From NCBI GenBank assembly GCA_036172245.1, contig JAYWIR010000063.1, positions 124,001 to 188,000 on the forward strand: a stretch of DNA of 64,000 bases. The letters run 5' to 3'. Numbering within the stretch: the stretch's first letter is position 1; every line of letters begins with the position of its first letter. A program made the position numbers and the translations under genes. The notes beneath the pieces were generated by a model that saw only the letters and a list, made by a program, of their open reading frames with translations, was not told the origin of the DNA and searched no databases. This document shows positions 59,401 to 64,000 of the stretch, one piece after another. The DNA is from Raillietiella orientalis (taxonomy: Eukaryota).

Positions 59401-61254
59401 TCGGAGGGCACAAACAGGCGCACGGCCCACTCGTCTCTCTGCGCAAAATCACGCGGCCCGCGCATCTGCTAACCACGCGGGACAAAAAAAAAACGCAAAA
59501 GCAGACAAACAAAGAAGAAGAAGAAGAAGAAGAAAAAATAGCAAAGAGAGGGAGAGGGAGAGGCACAGGTTGCAGGAGCGCGTGGAAGGAAGGACAGCGT
59601 TGAGGACAGCTGGGCCGGGGGGAGTGCCGCAAGAAGTGACCGTGATGCGCTGTGCATTCGCAGTCGCCGCGCGGAACGCGAGGGAGATAGGCAGGGGCGA
59701 TAGCAGAGAACACGGAGAGGCACCAACAGGCCAACACGTGCGAGTCAGATGCGAGGAGGAGGCTGCGCGTAGACGAGCGAGCGCCGCCACGGTTGGACCA
59801 CAAAAGAGTGCTGCGGCCGCAAGCCAGGCAGCGACGGATTGATGTTGAGAGAGCCGTCGAAGTGTCGGCTGCGTTTCCCACGGATCGGCGAGTGCAGAGT
59901 TTTGCCCGAATGCCCGCTGCGAGCACGCAAGAATGAGACTTGATGGCATCCAAACTGAAGAGGAACTCGTGGTTCTCGAGGAACGCGCCCTTTGGGTTTT
60001 CCAGCTCCAAGTCTTCTGCTGTGAGTACACCCACTTTTCGAGGGTTTGCGGGGCGCGCGGAGCTGAAAAAGATCTCTCCCCCTCTTTCCCTCCTTCCTTC
60101 TCCCTCTTTTCCTTTTTTTCGCGATTCGGGTGGGGCGGCGGCGTGACGCGAGAAGAGCGAAGGGAAGGCGGCTCACGTTACAGATATAGAAATAATTGAC
60201 TTTGGCCCGCATCCGCGCGTCCATTCGGATGCGAGAGAGAGGCACGGAGGAATTACTTGAAAGGACGTCGTCCTCTGCTCTGGTCAGAGACGGGGTTGCC
60301 AAGTCCGCCTCGTCGGAGAGGAAACGCGGGTGCGCGCGTTCCTACCACGGGCAAACCACGCCGTGCACGCTCCGCGCGGGAGTAAGAAAAAGACGCCACG
60401 CGTGCCGGTCGGTTCGGTCGGTCGACGGGCGCGGAAGGGCTGCCGAAGAAAGGCAGGAAAGAAACCGCTGCAGCCCCGTGGCCATGGCGGCGTTTGCCTG
60501 CCTTTGCTGTTTCGCCGCACGGCAAAGAAATTCCATGGTTCCATCCGCAGGTGCGCGCTCGGAGGATCGGCGGCTAGACGGAGGCCCTCGACCTTCCAGG
60601 AGACGTGGCGGCTGCCTTCTGAGGGAAAAGGTCGCAGGGATCGACCCCGCGTGGAATCCCGGCAGGGCTGCCACCGGCTGCGCTTGGAATCGAAACGCGT
60701 TAACAGAAAAAAAAACACACACACACACACACAGGCGAGGGCTTTGGTTGAGCGGAGAAGAAGAAGAAAAGAAGTGCGCGCGTGTTGGGGGAGGGGAGCC
60801 CCGAAAAGGCCCCGAAAAGCCCGCGAAGGAGCTTCCTGCCCGACGACGGTTATTCGCGCAAAATGGCCCCGACAATGCACTCTCGACAACCCGAAATGGC
60901 CGCCGCGCTTCGCTCGCTTCTTCGCGCGGTCCCAGTGTTGCCAGGCCGTTCTTTAGGATCGGGAGCTCGCGCTGACTAAACACGGAAATTTGACATTCAA
61001 GCTGGATCCTATCAGCGGAAACAGGGAATGTGCTCCCGAGACCAGCTTTCCGATACGGTACATTTATTTATATCCGATCGGCAAGCAGGCGTGGGTCGGA
61101 CCAGCGGAAAAAACACTCGGAAAAAGGAAAGGAAAACACATGCGAAGGCCGTCGTTCCGTCAGACCACTTCAGTGGGAGGGCTTTCAAGAAACCAAAGAA
61201 CAGCAGCGGAAACCAAACATCCTAAAACAGAACGCTTCGAGTCGCGGAAACATC

Positions 61255-62205
61255 AGATGCGGGATGAGTTCCATTGGTTGCATTCGAGCTGGCGGGCAAA
61301 GGGCCAGAAGCCAAGAACGGAAAGCATCTGACGATTGCCATCGACTGCCAAGATTTTATAGAATGAATTCAAATTTTGGATTGCGGAATCGGCGTGCCCT
61401 GCCAACAGGGAACGAAAATATCCCGTGGAACGCAGCGACTTTTGGTATCAGAATTAGGATGTTGGGTGGTGCGCTCAGATTTGTCACGAAGCTGACGAGC
61501 CTTGAGCCCAGAGAAGGGATTGGCCAGGAATCCGAGCCTCGGATCGCCTTCCTCATCATTTAATCCAACATTTGGGGAGAGGGAGGGAAGGGTTTCCGAG
61601 TCCTCGTCACAACTCAGCGAGCGTGAGAGTGCTTCCGGTTGTATCCCCTTTCGAAAACTCGAGCAGCCGAGATAGAACTGGGGCACGAGCGATCCGATCC
61701 AAGCAACGGTAACCAACGGAAGCGTGGACCACCAAAAAACGCTGATACTCGATGTCGGCAGCGGCGCCCTTCCGTAGTCCTATCACCGGAGCAACCAGCG
61801 GTTCAGATCCCAAATTCCGGATTTCCTTTGAACTCGCCTTGCCGGAAGGCGTTCGGACCAACGTAGGACAGTCTGCAGAGCGAGGTCATGCTGTGATCTG
61901 TTGTTTGTGGGATGCAGCAGATCCGCATCGCTCCTCGCTGCCGCAGGAGCTCCCTGTTCCGCTAACCGCAACCGTACGGCACAATCACCGCGGTTTTTCT
62001 CATGCTGTACGGCTGCGTGCGCCACGCTTCGTTGCGAGGAATCAGAAGCCAAACGGCAGGAGTGGTAGTGACGTTTCGAGTGACACCTGTGGCAATTCGA
62101 CTTTCTTTTCTCTTTTTACCGTGCTCAAGAGATTGACGAACCAAGACAATACCTATCTCGGGGATCACGGGCACACTCACAAAAAAAGAGAAAGCCAAAA
62201 AAAGA
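61255..62205 (-). mobile_element. Decayed Ty3/Gypsy-like pol remnant (RT connection, RNase H, start of integrase)
   Basis: Ordered fragments SLFL*VC, APAAARSD..DLALQTVL, KEIRNLGSEPLVAPVIGLRK..IEYQRFLVV, FRKGIQPEALSR and PPARMQPM match RSFLG.C, APVL..D..GAVL, ERNYS.E.LAV...RK..LE..F.V, YRKG...DALSR and P.G.LQP. Confidence 0.5.
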
Positions 62206-62499
62206 GAAAGGCCGATCTAACTGGAACTGCTAACGGTCCCTAAGAAGGAGCGACTGGCACTCTGCGTTTCATTTCATCACCCGGGAAAATTTGCACAGCT
62301 TCTGTCGACCCCGGCGGTCAGCGATGGCTGCCCGCCGGGGTTTTCGCCGTTTGCTGCTCTTCTCGCGGAGAGCGCCGCCGCCGAGCGTTCCCGAATTCGG
62401 CCGCCACCTTTCGAGCACAACCAACGGAACCGATCGGCAGTCCCAGGCGGAACACGCGCGGGTCGGTCGCGCGAAACCCGTCTTCCGCCGTCGGCGGGG

Positions 62500-63170
62500 T
62501 GGTCGCGGAGGCAACGGCAAGGCACAAAAGGACAAGTGTGGGTGCGGCCTCCGCGCGCGGCACTACCAGGCGTCTCGGGTTCGAATCCCATCTGGGAGGG
62601 AGGGAGGGAAGGGTCGACGCCGAGAAAAGGGGGGCGCGTCGTGGGTTTCGATTTTTCTCTCCCTCCCACACATACGGTTGGCCTATTGGGGTGCATGAGT
62701 GGCTGGAAACCGGATGCCATCGCTGAGTGGCCGGGATTAAAAGTTGACCCTCCGGGGTGCTTCCGGGAGTCAAAATGTCTTCCGAGGTTCCCCTCCGGTT
62801 GTGAAAAGGAAACTATCCCCCTGCTCGGGGAAGACCCCCCATCACGTACCATGGTTGATACTCCCCCTCGAAGGGTCGCCTCCCCAGAGTGTCCAAGAAG
62901 CACACCGCTCTCTCCGGGGAGCACCCTTCAGGCAAAATTGGAAGGTGTCCCTTCGGGGATTCCCTTTAGGGGAGGTGAATCCTTTCCGGGGGTCCCTCCG
63001 GAGAGAATAAGGGAGAGGAAGTTCCCTCCGGGATTCGCTCCCGAGCGTGAGAGAAGCTGACTCCGGAGTCCTCCTGGATTCGTGGGGTGGCCCCTACGGG
63101 GTTACCCCTCAACTTGAAGAGCGAAGACGCACCATCGGGTGGCGTGGGCAGCGCCGTAGGGGGCGCATGT
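62500..63170 (+). mobile_element. tRNA-headed SINE-like repeat (copy E, most complete)
   Basis: B box GGTTCGAATCC at 62578-62588 followed by a ~550 bp body shared with copies A-D. Confidence 0.7.
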
Positions 63171-64000
63171 GAGCGATTTGGATTCCCCCGCGTGGATGGA
63201 AACTCGCATTGGGCGAGAACAAGGGGCGCACAGATTTGCGGATGCCCTGCGGTGGTGGTGGCGGCGACGGCGCCGTTCGACTCCCGGCGACCGGGATGGC
63301 GCGCGCGCCCTCCTTGCCCCGGACGCGTGCTCGAAATAGAACGCTCCGTTCCTTTGGATTCCGCTTCCGGCGCAGTTGTGTGCGCGCGCGCCTGTTCGTT
63401 TCTGCACGGGCGGACGTGAGCGCTGAACCCCAGCCAGCCCACCTGCTGCTGTGGCCTGCGGTCATCGTCTCGCCAGCCATCTTGGATCCTCCCAAAACGT
63501 GGAGCTGCTCGCGGCGGCGTAAGCGCTCCTGTGCGACCTTGGGTTTTGTGTCCCGTCGCCAGGGGAACCGTCCGTGTCCTCCCCTCCCCCTCCGTTTTGC
63601 GTTGCGCGGCTTTTTCGCGTTCGAGGTGACCTGACCTGGCTGCGAGGGACGCTTTCGCCCCCTTCCCGTCTCCCCTGGGAACGTCAGCGAATACCGCGGT
63701 GGCAGCGACGTGCCTCGCGCGCGTAGCTGATCCGCGGACCACCACGCCGGCTCCGAGGATGCTCGTTCCTGGGCGGCGACCCCGTGCCTAGTCCGGTTCG
63801 AGTCATCCATCGGGTGTTCACGAGACCTCGGTTTCGGCCGCTCGGCTCTCCTGCCCGGTTCCCTCTGCTTCTTTCACGCACTACCGCACGGCCTCGCGCA
63901 GCCTCCAGACGGGGGATGTGGGACGTTGGAAAGGCCCTCGAGGGGAGAGAGAGCTGGCAAGAGAGCACCACCGCCTGGAGATGAGGTGGGAAGGTCCCCT

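Noticed and set aside
1..64000. CRISPR array, operons or other prokaryotic systems
   Set aside because: No regularly spaced direct repeats; the genes are spliceosomal-intron-containing eukaryotic genes.

Overview
Eukaryotic, intron-containing metazoan genomic DNA, most likely arthropod (inferred from Fuseless-family exons and insect-like eIF3k, Pcmt and acylphosphatase sequences). The window is a compositional mosaic. GC/CpG-rich blocks (about 1-24 kb and 38.5-64 kb) are punctuated by short AT-rich islands, and an AT-rich, gene-dense block (about 29-37.5 kb) has mostly 40-65 nt introns. Well supported: a tRNA-Asp(GTC) gene, complete eIF3k (4 exons, minus) and Pcmt (5 exons, plus), three exons of a Fuseless-family membrane protein, an acylphosphatase-like gene lacking both catalytic residues, and one LDL-receptor class A exon. 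Also present: a tRNA-Gly pseudogene, a truncated U2 snRNA fragment, five copies of a tRNA-headed SINE-like repeat, L1/Tx1-like and Ty3/Gypsy-like retroelement fossils, and several palindromes. Most long ORFs in the supplied track look like GC-driven artefacts. No CRISPR array or clearly novel multi-gene system was found. All alignments were done by eye and need computational confirmation.
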